Below, piece after piece: positions 31,169-41,635 of a stretch of DNA of 64,000 nucleotides (positions within the stretch are counted from its first letter, which is position 1; each line of letters starts with the position of its first letter). The position numbers were made by a program, and so were the translations under genes. The stretch covers positions 15,196 through 79,195 of the IMG/VR virus record IMGVR_UViG_3300044995_000369; one strand, given 5' to 3'. Source of the stretch: a virus. The notes beneath the pieces were generated by a model. The model searched no databases, was not told the DNA's origin, and was given only the letters and a program-made list of their open reading frames with translations.

Positions 31169-33613
31169 TTATAGATTCTCTCCTCCCAGTTTAATAGTTG
31201 TTTCAAAGAAAACCCTGCGGATTTCGACAGAAGTTTCTATGAAGAGTCTCAACTTAGTCTCCCCGCTAATATGGCCACCAGGTACAGGCACCACTTCAGC
31301 TTTGAAAATACTTATGTATTGTGGAACTAATGCATTTATAACATCTCTGTTAATCCTAGATTGCATCAAGTTCAGGATAGTTGAATCTCTTCTAAGACCA
31401 ATATAGCTAGAAGCAATATCTCTTGCAAGTCGAACTGCCAAGTAGACAGTATCTCTAACAAGCTGTCTTGCCATGTTACTACCTACTTGAGCAGCAGTAG
31501 GAGCATCTGCTACCCTGATTTCGTTTTGAGGACTCAAAACAAGAGTAGTGTATCTAGCAGAGTTAAGTCTACCTACAATTGCCCCAGAGGGGAAAGTTAC
31601 CAGTAGCCTTTTTACGAATGCAGGTACGTTTTGACGAATCAAAGACTCAGATAATCTACCATCTAGCTGCATACCGCAAATTACGTATGCAGGGTTTTCT
31701 ATGTACTGAGCCCCTCCCTGCAAGAGAATGTCACTTGCATAGAAGACTCCCAAAGCAACATCTATATGGTAAGAAGACAAACTTGCCATTATAGAAGCTG
31801 CGCTGAATGGATTAGAAAAGTCATCTAGCAGGTAGTTATACCAAGAGTTTATGGCGGTTTCTCCTTTGTTAATCTCTTGTAAAGAAAGAGGTTTAACACC
31901 GATAACCGTGCTGCACTCCCCAGAAACTTTAGACTTGAACTCTAATTTGGTCTTAAGCAAGGCTGCCCAGTTAATCGATACTTTTCCTGGTAGACCGGTT
32001 TCTTCATCAATACCATCTACCACTTCATCCAAATATGCTCCAGCAACAATTACTCTCCTAAAGGGAACAAGCATTGTTTCATCAAGGGCTTGTTCAACAA
32101 GTTCTTTGTATCTTTGACGAGTAATAAATGAGCCGGAAGTTCCACCCTTAAGTGCGGACTCTTGGATATAGGTAGGTGTGGGTGTAGAACCAGTAAGAAT
32201 GGTAGAAGTTGGAGCCGGTAGCTCAGGAAGATACTCAAAATCAATATAGACAGTTGCTCCCGTTGAAGGTGCAGTGTCCGGATTTATGAATTGGATTTTG
32301 ATGTTATTCCTATCTGCAATGTTGAGATCAGATGGCGCAAATACTTTCACTGCGTCATAAGTGACTGTTAATTCCAATGTTTGAGCAGCACCGAATGTAA
32401 TGTTATTTCCTGCAACAAAATAGGAATTCTCGTTACCAATAACAAGCTCACTTCTTGTATTTGCCTCAGTAAGGTTTGCGCCAAAACTGTAGGAAACCAG
32501 AATCTGGTCGCCAATTTGCATTGGAGGAATGTTATTGATTGTAATATCTGGTCCAGAGAAAGAGAAAGTTGCAGGAGAAGGCAGCAGCTCAGTTGTTGCC
32601 CCACCTCTGACTCTTTTAATTGAACTAACAATTATTGTACCAATGTTCCCATTCCATGCCAATGCAGGAGAGGATATGCTGAGGGTTTTCGTTACAGAAG
32701 TCTGACCGATATTCGCAGAAGTTGCTTTGATAACTTGCTCATCTTTAACTTTCCTGCGGAAGGAAGTAATAGTTGCAGTAAAAGGATCTGAGTCTTTGTT
32801 AGGAGCGTATTTGAGTCTGCTAACAGTCCTACCAACCTCAAGAGTTTCAGTATGAGTTACTTGCTCTTTAACGCTTATGATATTGAGAAGTTTATCCCCC
32901 CATGATTCATTAAGACCGATTGGATTAACTTCAATGTATGGAAGACCATCGTTTTGTACTGTTACCGGATAGTTTGACTTGAGCAGCCTTGTAAAGCGGA
33001 CGTCAAGAACTGAAGAAATATTTTCATCTGCAAGAATCTGATTAGTTAATTCTTGAACGTTTTTAGCAACACCTGGCCTTACACCATAAGGGTCTACACT
33101 AAAAACCCTACGATAACCATTCGGCAGTTCTACAGTCACAGAAGACGGAATACCAGACTCTCCTCTAACAGTGACTCTTGTGTTGTTAGCAGCTTCATCT
33201 TCTTCCAAAGATTCGAAAATCATGCATACTATTGGCTTACCTTCATCATCGAAACTAAAGCTGAGGTCGCCAACGTCCTGAATCTGCATTTCGTAGAGAC
33301 TCAACCTTGCCTTACTAGAATCACCTACTTTGTAGATGTACATGTCCTTATCTCTGTTTGCAGTAGAAGCTTGAATAGCTATAGCTGCATGGACGGCATT
33401 AGTCTCCCAGTCACTTGCTCCAAGAGCAGGTGCTTCTCCGTATTGGCTAATAACGTCACCGTATGTGACTTTTCTAAGTACTTTGGTGCGACCTTTTCTT
33501 GCTGTACCTATTATCAAGGTAGCATTAGAGGTGTTAGTGCTAGAAGGTATGTCAAAAACTTCTTCCAGTATGTTAGACTCAACATAATTAAGGCCCTCAA
33601 TCAAACCAGCCAT
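31169..33613 (-). CDS. Contractile tail sheath protein with large beta-rich insertion
   Basis: N-terminal LIIGTARKG...ISQYG, LKGG, and a C-terminal sheath-like domain (RLNSARYT...YIGLR...EIRRVFFE); GGAGG SD. Confidence 0.8.
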   Translation of the reverse strand: MAGLIEGLNYVESNILEEVFDIPSSTNTSNATLIIGTARKGRTKVLRKVTYGDVISQYGEAPALGASDWETNAVHAAIAIQASTANRDKDMYIYKVGDSSKARLSLYEMQIQDVGDLSFSFDDEGKPIVCMIFESLEEDEAANNTRVTVRGESGIPSSVTVELPNGYRRVFSVDPYGVRPGVAKNVQELTNQILADENISSVLDVRFTRLLKSNYPVTVQNDGLPYIEVNPIGLNESWGDKLLNIISVKEQVTHTETLEVGRTVSRLKYAPNKDSDPFTATITSFRRKVKDEQVIKATSANIGQTSVTKTLSISSPALAWNGNIGTIIVSSIKRVRGGATTELLPSPATFSFSGPDITINNIPPMQIGDQILVSYSFGANLTEANTRSELVIGNENSYFVAGNNITFGAAQTLELTVTYDAVKVFAPSDLNIADRNNIKIQFINPDTAPSTGATVYIDFEYLPELPAPTSTILTGSTPTPTYIQESALKGGTSGSFITRQRYKELVEQALDETMLVPFRRVIVAGAYLDEVVDGIDEETGLPGKVSINWAALLKTKLEFKSKVSGECSTVIGVKPLSLQEINKGETAINSWYNYLLDDFSNPFSAASIMASLSSYHIDVALGVFYASDILLQGGAQYIENPAYVICGMQLDGRLSESLIRQNVPAFVKRLLVTFPSGAIVGRLNSARYTTLVLSPQNEIRVADAPTAAQVGSNMARQLVRDTVYLAVRLARDIASSYIGLRRDSTILNLMQSRINRDVINALVPQYISIFKAEVVPVPGGHISGETKLRLFIETSVEIRRVFFETTIKLGGENL

Positions 33614-33682
33614 ATAACTTCCTCCAAATTGCAGTCTTTACTCAAGGAGTTTATAAACTATTGTAACACACTTATTTATTTT

Positions 33683-34471
33683 TTAAGGAGTTATTTCAGA
33701 ATCTCCTATGGAAGGAATGGTACCTCCGTTTAATGGAATCCACTCCATAGAAACTTTTTTGATTGGAGAGCCTTCTTTACCCAAATACCAGTCTTCCAAT
33801 CTTAAGTATAGCCTTAGAGCCTTACCATACATTCCGGTTCTTTGATCTACTTCAGTTTTGCTATTTGATAGATCCACAAAAAACTTTTGGGCTCCAAGGT
33901 CGTAAAGGATCTCTTGCCTTGTCTGAAACCATTTATTTAAGGCTTCTTTTATTATCATTGATTCTTTAGATGTATGACCATAGCACTTGAACTCCAGTAG
34001 ATACTCTTTTCTTTGAGCATAGAGTGGGAGTATTTTATCATTCACATTTATGTATAACCTAAGTCTTGGAGTAAGTTCCTTTCTTCCACCCCAAGGAACC
34101 CTTGTCAAAGAAGCCCCAGCATCTTTAATCACATCAAAGGTTATAACTCCAGGAAGGTTGTTCCATGGAGCATCTTTGTTATAACTTTGAAAATCTTCCC
34201 ACTTTCTATTTATATCTGCTTCAAAAGGATATACTTCAATTGGGACTTTATAGTAGTATTGAGTTCCTGATAAGTTTTCTATAAAGTAACCCTTCAGTCT
34301 TGTTTCCCATTCTTCTTTTATTTTAGAAGCAAGCTCTTCCATGTACTTGACAATACCTATAGGCTTGCCGTTTGTTTGGAAATATAGTTCTGTAGATGCT
34401 TCATATAATACATCTAGTGTAATTGGTTCTGGAACTGGCTTATTGAGGTAAATGATGTTTGGATATGGCAT
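33683..34471 (-). CDS. Putative tail completion/terminator protein
   Basis: Directly precedes the sheath gene; YLLEFKCYG..SKES pattern. Confidence 0.5.
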   Translation of the reverse strand: MPYPNIIYLNKPVPEPITLDVLYEASTELYFQTNGKPIGIVKYMEELASKIKEEWETRLKGYFIENLSGTQYYYKVPIEVYPFEADINRKWEDFQSYNKDAPWNNLPGVITFDVIKDAGASLTRVPWGGRKELTPRLRLYINVNDKILPLYAQRKEYLLEFKCYGHTSKESMIIKEALNKWFQTRQEILYDLGAQKFFVDLSNSKTEVDQRTGMYGKALRLYLRLEDWYLGKEGSPIKKVSMEWIPLNGGTIPSIGDSEITP

Positions 34472-34980
34472 TAAAGCCTCCTGCTATCTTTGTAAGCCCA
34501 GCATAAATAGTACTTTTGTTTGTTGTCATCTACCCTGATATGTTCTACATGTTGAATCCTGAATGGAGTAGCAACATTAACTTTTGCATATTCTATGAAT
34601 ACATTTGGGTCATCTACTATTGGACAGTTTTCGTATTCTAGTATCACATCCTGTTCCTTTGGCCTTCTGCATTTTTCAAAGATATACAATCTTTGAACAT
34701 TATCTACTTGGCCAGGAAATCCTCCACTTGGGGGAGTTAATGCTCCTAAAGGACCCACTCCTCCCGTACCAATCGAAAGTACTTGATAAGAAGTTTTTAC
34801 AGGGATATCCCAATATTTCCACTTAGGGCCAGAAATAGCAACTCCAGCTTTGGGATCCCAAAACTTGCTGTATTCTCCTATTCTATACCATCTCAGAAGA
34901 ACCCAGTGGCCCTGAGGTTTAGTAATAGAGTCTCCATACAAGACTCCTTTAATATCGCTAGTTAAAGTTATCCAGTTCAA
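34471..34980 (-). CDS. Putative neck/head-closure protein
   Basis: Positioned between head and tail genes; TTG start with GAGGAG SD, overlapping the upstream stop. Confidence 0.5.
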   Translation of the reverse strand: MNWITLTSDIKGVLYGDSITKPQGHWVLLRWYRIGEYSKFWDPKAGVAISGPKWKYWDIPVKTSYQVLSIGTGGVGPLGALTPPSGGFPGQVDNVQRLYIFEKCRRPKEQDVILEYENCPIVDDPNVFIEYAKVNVATPFRIQHVEHIRVDDNKQKYYLCWAYKDSRRL

Positions 34981-36401
34981 AGTCTTCTCCTCACCGGAAT
35001 ACTCATACTGGTGTCATACAAACTTTTTGTACCAGTAGAGATTGACATGGGGCCCTTATCTTGAACTCTTTCTTGTTTCGGCTTGTTCTTTTCTATACAT
35101 TCTAGCAGTCTTTTAAGCGACTCTTTGCCAGGGCTTCCTGCAGTACCATTTTTTGAATTACCATCAGACAGTTCTCCGTATTCTATAGTAACTCCTGGCA
35201 ATTGTCTCTTTCTAACAAACAAACTCGAATTACTTCCCATGCCTGTGCCCGGATTTGCTTCTGTTCCCGACGTGAGCATATCCAAAGCAGTAGAACAGCA
35301 AACATACCTAGAAAAGGATTCTATTTGATCTTGGGTAAGCTTAGTAAAGTCCAAATGAGGACTCATCTTGATGTAGTGCAGAGTATACATATGAATAAGT
35401 TTGGAATATTCATAGTAGTCTTTTGCACTAAATTGTTCCATCCACAACCCAGCATTTGCCCTTGCGATATCTACTGTACACATCATAGGATCTAAAACTC
35501 CAAGAAAATGAAACCTCTCGAGTACATTTTTCTTGCTGGAGTCTAGGTTCCTTATCTTAAGTGGGTTTAAAACTAAAGTAAACTCATGGTTTGTTATATC
35601 AGAGGGCAAGCCAGATGTTTGTATGATTAATTGATTTTGAATCGCTGTTACTGTAATATCAACAGTTGTTTTAACAAAAGGGTTCATTGGATATGTCAAA
35701 ACTTGATATGTTAAAGTAGCTACACCAGCTGGATCGTCTATGTAAATATTTTCCGGCCAATAGATGGTAATTACTGAAAGGTCAGTAAGTCCTATGGAGT
35801 AGTTTTCAGGATCCGAACCTACTGGCTTAAGGATGCTAGATACTTCTACTGGAGAAGTAATTCCGCTACCAGGTATGAAAATAGTTCCAGATTCCCCATT
35901 AAGAAAAGCTTCCAGCTCTTCCGGAGGACATGGCGTATAAGGTAAGATATTCCCCTGAGGTCTGGTATCTGGTATTAAAACTGTTACATTATCGTTGACT
36001 GGAGCAGAAACTATATCATGTCTATCTAATATAGTTACTGGGTCTGGAGGAGGAGTTGTTACTGGTTTTAGACTTTCTTTTGTTCTAAAAGGGATGACTA
36101 TGTTCGAAGCAAGCTCTTCATTTGTGCTAGATTTTATACCAGAAGGTCCAGAAACTATGACAATTTCATATGACCTATTCTGTAAAAATATTCCAGGAGA
36201 TGGAGCAATTATAAGATTCTTTCCATCTACCTGTCTTGATATACTGAATGGGTTGTAGTCTGGTAGTAAAAAGAGAAATACAGTTGATTCTGTAACTGTC
36301 GCCAGGTTTAAATCTTGGTTGAATTCCAGTACAATAGAGCCATCCAAATATGCATTATTTGCGTCTGCATAAATGGATGTTTTAACTAAAGATAAAGCCA
36401 T
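34977..36401 (-). CDS. Ig-like (Big_5-type) domain virion protein, possible head-tail adaptor; start revised to MALSLV
   Basis: IVLEFNQDLNLATV...LIIAP...YEIVI...GIKS...IPFRT Ig-like pattern; a -10 box overlaps the ORF-track start. Confidence 0.6.
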   Translation of the reverse strand: MALSLVKTSIYADANNAYLDGSIVLEFNQDLNLATVTESTVFLFLLPDYNPFSISRQVDGKNLIIAPSPGIFLQNRSYEIVIVSGPSGIKSSTNEELASNIVIPFRTKESLKPVTTPPPDPVTILDRHDIVSAPVNDNVTVLIPDTRPQGNILPYTPCPPEELEAFLNGESGTIFIPGSGITSPVEVSSILKPVGSDPENYSIGLTDLSVITIYWPENIYIDDPAGVATLTYQVLTYPMNPFVKTTVDITVTAIQNQLIIQTSGLPSDITNHEFTLVLNPLKIRNLDSSKKNVLERFHFLGVLDPMMCTVDIARANAGLWMEQFSAKDYYEYSKLIHMYTLHYIKMSPHLDFTKLTQDQIESFSRYVCCSTALDMLTSGTEANPGTGMGSNSSLFVRKRQLPGVTIEYGELSDGNSKNGTAGSPGKESLKRLLECIEKNKPKQERVQDKGPMSISTGTKSLYDTSMSIPVRRRL

Positions 36402-36438
36402 ATAACATGATAACATGTCATATAGCTTTTTCTTGTAT

Positions 36439-36464
36439 AGTCCTACAACTGCAGTTGTAGGACT
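36439..36464. repeat. Perfect 26-bp palindrome resembling an IS200/IS605 end hairpin
   Basis: agtcctacaactgcagttgtaggact; its core matches the TnpB element hairpin at 63024-63043. Confidence 0.8.
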
Positions 36465-36508
36465 TTAGAGTTGGTAGCTTTTGTTGATCTGTCTATTATA
36501 AGGGTAGA

Positions 36509-37066
36509 TTATATGTACTTTTCTATAAGCTCAATATAATCTTCTCTTGCAGGGCCTGATTTTTCTTCAGCCAGCAAGTTTCTAAAGAAATCAGAACCCT
36601 TCTTCCCTTCCTTCTTTATAGCTTCGAGAGCTACCTTGAGACCGGATATTTCTTTCGAGAGTAGCTCATCGTATACAACCAATTCCTCAACCATAGCTGG
36701 TGAATTAGTTTCTACTACTGGAACTGTAGTAATAGCTTTAATTTGCTCTTCTGAAAGGTCAGAAGTAAGCAAGATAATCCCACTTTCAATTGCTTTATGA
36801 ATCGACTCGTAAAGAGTAGGAACTGCATTTTCCGGAACGACTTTTCTAATTGAACTAAGATTTCCATCTTCGTCTGGAATTGCGGAAAGGGAAAATATGG
36901 AACCAAAACTCCAAAGATTCGTTCTGCCAGAAAGTATTACTTCTTTGCCAGAATACTTCTTTGCAAAATCTATCTTTTTTTCAGAACTTGTAGTTGCTTT
37001 TTCTTTTTTAGCAGAAGGTTCTGCAGCAGTAGCTTCTGTTTTTGTTTCTTTTGACTCTTGTGACAT
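36509..37066 (-). CDS. Hypothetical acidic head-module protein (likely start MSQES)
   Basis: Open ORF after the capsid gene; GAGG SD before the ATG. Confidence 0.7.
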   Translation of the reverse strand: MSQESKETKTEATAAEPSAKKEKATTSSEKKIDFAKKYSGKEVILSGRTNLWSFGSIFSLSAIPDEDGNLSSIRKVVPENAVPTLYESIHKAIESGIILLTSDLSEEQIKAITTVPVVETNSPAMVEELVVYDELLSKEISGLKVALEAIKKEGKKGSDFFRNLLAEEKSGPAREDYIELIEKYI

Positions 37067-37126
37067 AGTACCTCTCACTCAAAAACTAGATATGTATTAT
37101 TAACATACCAAAACTACACCGTCAAC

Positions 37127-37151
37127 AAAAAAAAGGCCCCTGAAAGGGGCC
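37127..37151 (-). terminator. Rho-independent terminator after the major capsid gene
   Basis: GGCCCCT-TTC-AGGGGCC followed by T8 on the minus strand. Confidence 0.9.
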
Positions 37152-37177
37152 CTTTACCAGGATGCTCACTTTAACCA

Positions 37178-38626
37178 TTAAGGTACAATCGCACTAGTAC
37201 CAGGTTCACTCAGAGCACCAACGTTGTAGTAAGCTTGGAAGTTTTTGTAGTTTTTATCAATTACCACGTCTTTGATAACATAAACACCGCGGCCTTGATT
37301 TAGAGGAATGGTCGCAAACTTTTCACGGAATGCCATGAAAGTAACCTCTTTTTCAATATCTTCCCATTCAAGAACACCAGGAGCCTGTTCTTGGAGAATA
37401 GCAACTGGTTTCTTATTGGATACGAGATAAATGTTGGTAACGAATACATCCCTACCGCTTATTGTTACTCTCCTAATGGGGACCTGGGGAGTTACAACCA
37501 CAGTCAATGAAGCACCAGGAAGCTGGGCTCTCATTGCCATGTATGCTTGGGTAGTATTAAGACCCGCAGAGTAAGGATCAACACCATTTACTCCTGTGGA
37601 ACCAACCACTTGACCCCAATTGAATATTGAACCAGGATTGCCAACATTGTCAGCACCATAGGTTCTCATTCTAATTGTCAATTCTTCTCCAAGAGGATGA
37701 TTCCAACCCGCATCAAATGGAGTAGATGGGAGTCTACCGACCATGTTTGCTGTTCCAAGAATTGTACGGAGCTCTGAATCACCAAACATTTCAAAGAGAA
37801 CAAACGGATGGATCATCATTACACCGATATCTTGGCCTCTCATTGAAGCATAGGACATAACTCTCAAGATATCTTCAAGAGTTACGGTACCATTATGAGC
37901 ACCATTGATTGCTCTACCTGAAGTAGTTACCTTGAAAACACTATTTGCAGGGTTTGAGTTATTGTACATAATCTTACCCATGCTGTTAACAAGGCGAATG
38001 ACTTCTTCTTCTTTGCGATAGCGGAAGCCATCTGCAATAGAAGTAATTAGGAAGCCCAGGACTCCAAACTCGTCAGAGTTCATTAGATCCTTGTCTACTT
38101 CAACTTTCACACCATAAGTCTTAACATCAAACGCAATTTGGTTCGCATAGTCATTAAGACTTGGCTGTACTGTAGGATAGCTACCATAGCGGGGTACTTC
38201 TCCAACCTTAGTCATACCAAATCCGCGAACCATTGCAATCATGGTTCTATTCAAGGTAGGACCTACCGGAATAGTAGTTGCAAGGTAGTTTGTAGCAATC
38301 AACTGCGGTTTAATGTAGTTCATCATGAATACTTCAACTGCAGTTGAGAAAATGCTACCAAACGTTCCTTCATTCAGCACGTTTTTGACCAAACCGCGAA
38401 TTGTGGTATCTGGTCTAGTTTCACCGTTCAATGCTCTTAGAAGAGCATTAGCAGACTGTTCTAGATTGCTGATCACCTGATTCTTAGCGGCAACGTCAAG
38501 GTCTTTGAATTTGACCTTTGTACCGTCCTCAAGAGAAACTTCCATTGTTGCAAGTTCCTCTTTTACGGGAACTGTGGTTTCTTCCAATCTGAACCAGTTC
38601 TTTTCTCTGTTAATTATCCCTTTCAT
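37178..38626 (-). CDS. Major capsid protein (HK97 fold); start revised to MKGII
   Basis: Follows the protease and head protein, has an AGGAG SD and a strong terminator. GEVPRYGSYP and VKTYGVKVEVDKDLMNSDEFG...FRYRKE are HK97-like motifs. Confidence 0.8.
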   Translation of the reverse strand: MKGIINREKNWFRLEETTVPVKEELATMEVSLEDGTKVKFKDLDVAAKNQVISNLEQSANALLRALNGETRPDTTIRGLVKNVLNEGTFGSIFSTAVEVFMMNYIKPQLIATNYLATTIPVGPTLNRTMIAMVRGFGMTKVGEVPRYGSYPTVQPSLNDYANQIAFDVKTYGVKVEVDKDLMNSDEFGVLGFLITSIADGFRYRKEEEVIRLVNSMGKIMYNNSNPANSVFKVTTSGRAINGAHNGTVTLEDILRVMSYASMRGQDIGVMMIHPFVLFEMFGDSELRTILGTANMVGRLPSTPFDAGWNHPLGEELTIRMRTYGADNVGNPGSIFNWGQVVGSTGVNGVDPYSAGLNTTQAYMAMRAQLPGASLTVVVTPQVPIRRVTISGRDVFVTNIYLVSNKKPVAILQEQAPGVLEWEDIEKEVTFMAFREKFATIPLNQGRGVYVIKDVVIDKNYKNFQAYYNVGALSEPGTSAIVP

Positions 38627-38650
38627 TTTCCTACTCCTATACCCTGCCAA

Positions 38651-39862
38651 TTATTCAACCTCATAGCGGATCGTAGCCCAACCGTACCATCTAGCACTAT
38701 CTGATCCAATAATTAGATCTCTTAGTTGCTGAACGGTAAGGGTTGAATTTTCAATCTTTTTAGCAAGTGCCCAAATTGCATAATCAATACCACCGGTTTG
38801 ATTACTTGCAACCTCAATACCAGGATAGTGCATAGTTTCATTACCCATTGGCATTCTGACTGCAAAGTCAAAACCAGTGAGAGTAAACTTTGCACCAAGG
38901 GGAACAGTGTCTACATAACCGGCAGCAGTAGTGATAATTGGATTTCCCCACTTGTCTACTCTAATTTTTGCACCAGTTACAAGAGATGCAGGACCATCAA
39001 CTATAAGGGCTGCTTGATCCTTAGTAGCTGTGAATTGTACATGTCCAATTCCATCTGCTCCAATGTAATCACCATGTGTACTGACTGCACCAGCAGTCTG
39101 AATGCTACCAAAAGCAGAGTGATTTGTGCTAGCAATTACAAAGGGAATCCTATAGTAGCCCTCTTTCGCAACAGTTATAGCACCTATTTTACGTTGATAC
39201 TGATAAGAGTTATTTCTTGTTTCTCTAATAGTATCTTCCATGCAGACGCCAGCAACTTTTGCTGTACTACCAGGAGCACCAAGGCCGTTTCTCAACGTAG
39301 CTGCCAAACCGCTAGCAATGTTGGTATCATTGATGTCCAATCCAGTTACTGGGTCGATAATCCCAAAAAGTGTGTCTAGAGTACCAAAGTACTCCTGAAC
39401 ATTAACATCAGTACCATTTGCTTCAGCAAGGAAGCCTTGGATATCCTCGCTATAGCCCCAATAAGGACTATTGAAAGGAGACTTTTGAAGTGAACCGTCG
39501 GCTCTTTTGAAGGCAAAGAATTCACCAGCCAAGTCATTGGGTGGGTTATCTACAGTGTTCTTAACACCAAGCTTCTTTGGGTCATTTTGATATGACCAAG
39601 TAGTTCCATTGTAAATCCTTGCATCATAGGTCATGAGGATTTTACCTTGGCTAAATACAAAGCCCTCAAAATCATCACGATTACCTCTCCTGTATCTTAC
39701 AGGAAGATTTCTGATGGGGCGATAGACACCACGAGTTCTAGACGCATTTTCGACCACATTGTAGCCGAAATACGGCTTGATGGTCAGGTCATTACGTCTG
39801 CGAAGCTCTGCTTGATCCCATGCCCCTGTTTCTTGAAACAGCAGTTCATTGTCTTGAGACAT
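38651..39862 (-). CDS. Head structural/decoration protein
   Basis: Lies between protease and capsid genes; AGGAGG SD; Gly/Thr/Ala-rich. Confidence 0.6.
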   Translation of the reverse strand: MSQDNELLFQETGAWDQAELRRRNDLTIKPYFGYNVVENASRTRGVYRPIRNLPVRYRRGNRDDFEGFVFSQGKILMTYDARIYNGTTWSYQNDPKKLGVKNTVDNPPNDLAGEFFAFKRADGSLQKSPFNSPYWGYSEDIQGFLAEANGTDVNVQEYFGTLDTLFGIIDPVTGLDINDTNIASGLAATLRNGLGAPGSTAKVAGVCMEDTIRETRNNSYQYQRKIGAITVAKEGYYRIPFVIASTNHSAFGSIQTAGAVSTHGDYIGADGIGHVQFTATKDQAALIVDGPASLVTGAKIRVDKWGNPIITTAAGYVDTVPLGAKFTLTGFDFAVRMPMGNETMHYPGIEVASNQTGGIDYAIWALAKKIENSTLTVQQLRDLIIGSDSARWYGWATIRYEVE

Positions 39863-39887
39863 TGGTTTTCCTCCTAAATTCTACAGC

Positions 39888-41612
39888 TTACAGCTGACCG
39901 TTAAGTGTTTTGGCAAGATTGGTAACTATAACCTTTTTCTTGCCAGCCCCATCTTTAGATTTATTATTGGCTTCCAACTGAGCCGCATTTGATACAGCTT
40001 CAGTTGAAGTAGCAGCCTCTCTAACAGAGTTAGTCTCTGTTTGAGTAGCAGCTTTTTCTTGAGCAGTAGTCTCTGTCGACGTAGATTCTACATTTTCAGA
40101 AACCTGCTTGTTAGCTTCTAACTTTTCTAAGATGGCTTTGTTTTGCTCGACTAAAGCTTTAACAACAGCAAGTAAATCTTGAATTTGCTCCTTAGCCGGA
40201 TCGTTTTCCTTCGGCGAAGTAGACACAGAATTAGCTTCAGTAGTTTGGTTATTAGTAGTAGAGTTACCTGCTTTCAACGAAGCAGCAACTTCGCCAAATA
40301 CCTTGTTTTGTTCAGCCATTTGGGCTGAAAGAGAATTTAAAACTTCCAAAAGTTTCTCCATATCAGGTCCTTCCTGTATTGCAGATTCTTGATTAATTGT
40401 ATCACATATATTTTGATTTTCGACATTTTGAGATGAACTATTTTCTTCCTCAAATGCCTCAGTAATCTTATTACAGATTCCTACAAGTTTTGTATCACCT
40501 TGACTTGCTGCCCTTTGTTTTGCAGCTTTAACACCACTCAGCATTGCCTTTCCAGAAGAGTTGATAAATGGGTACTTAAGTTGCCCATCCTCTACTTTTA
40601 GAAAGCCGTCTTTCCAGGTTTTGGCATTAGCGGCATCAAGAGCCTCAAAACGTGCAGTTTGACTAGAAGGAGCATTCCATTTACCATCCCTATTGGGGTT
40701 CTTTCTAATCAATTCTATGACAGAAGAAGTATTGTTATTATAAACTTCTCCTTCTTCTGGAACCTTGTATTTTTTTCTCCAATCTTCTATTTTAGAATTT
40801 TCCTCAGTAGAGGAAGATGTTTCCGGAGATTCTGAGTGCTGAGATTTATCGAAATTGACAACTTCTTGTATCTTTTTATTGTAAAAAGTTACCGCCCTGA
40901 ACTCGGGGATTGGTTGTCTTATAGAGTTTTGCTCCATAGCAACAACTCTAGCATTTCTATAAGCCGGTACCAAAACAAAGGATAACTCTGCAGCATAGTT
41001 CGGTATAACTGTAAAAACAACCCTCCTCTCTTTACCATTTTTATCTTTTATGACTTGTCCTGGATAATGAGGACAATCTTCTGATGTACCATCTGAACCA
41101 CATTCCTCGCAAATGTAGCCTTTTGGCATGTAGCTAATTGATTGAGTGTAGTCAATCATATCTTGGATTCTTTCAATGGACTCTTTATTTACTATCATTT
41201 GCCCAGCAAATATGCTTGGGACTTTAAAAATACCTTCCGCTACTGCTACGCTTAAAACCCTACCAGCAACTTCTGGTTTTCCACTGAATGAACTGAGAGG
41301 TTCTAGACCATCATTATGGTTATAGATAACAGGTATGGGTTGAGGCGAAGTGAAAGTTTTCAGAAACCTCTTGGCTTCGGAATCGTAGTTTACTCTTTTG
41401 TAATTCTCACTTGGTAAATCAAAAGGCATCACTTCGGAGGCGATATACAGAGCACCAGCCTTGTTCATGTATTTTTTAGCATCATTAATGACTTTTTGAT
41501 ATATGGGAGGTGCTTTAATGGCACCTTCATCCGCTGCATTTGAATCAAACTTAATTATGGGAACTGAAACCAGCTCTTTATCAGTTTTAAGACTTTCTTT
41601 AATAGCATCCAT
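39888..41612 (-). CDS. Prohead protease with C-terminal scaffold region
   Basis: PVIYNH, AGRV, QSISY, CEECG...CPHYPG and ELSFVLVPAYRNA (caudoviral maturation protease motifs), followed by a low-complexity coiled-coil tail. Confidence 0.85.
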   Translation of the reverse strand: MDAIKESLKTDKELVSVPIIKFDSNAADEGAIKAPPIYQKVINDAKKYMNKAGALYIASEVMPFDLPSENYKRVNYDSEAKRFLKTFTSPQPIPVIYNHNDGLEPLSSFSGKPEVAGRVLSVAVAEGIFKVPSIFAGQMIVNKESIERIQDMIDYTQSISYMPKGYICEECGSDGTSEDCPHYPGQVIKDKNGKERRVVFTVIPNYAAELSFVLVPAYRNARVVAMEQNSIRQPIPEFRAVTFYNKKIQEVVNFDKSQHSESPETSSSTEENSKIEDWRKKYKVPEEGEVYNNNTSSVIELIRKNPNRDGKWNAPSSQTARFEALDAANAKTWKDGFLKVEDGQLKYPFINSSGKAMLSGVKAAKQRAASQGDTKLVGICNKITEAFEEENSSSQNVENQNICDTINQESAIQEGPDMEKLLEVLNSLSAQMAEQNKVFGEVAASLKAGNSTTNNQTTEANSVSTSPKENDPAKEQIQDLLAVVKALVEQNKAILEKLEANKQVSENVESTSTETTAQEKAATQTETNSVREAATSTEAVSNAAQLEANNKSKDGAGKKKVIVTNLAKTLNGQL

Positions 41613-41635
41613 AGTGATAATTTTACCATATAATT

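Noticed and set aside
30309-39379. Longer plus-strand ORFs such as 30309..30881, 33053..33733 and 38798..39379, plus many similar short ones across the window
   Set aside because: Antisense to strongly biased structural genes, with no SD or motifs; treated as shadows.
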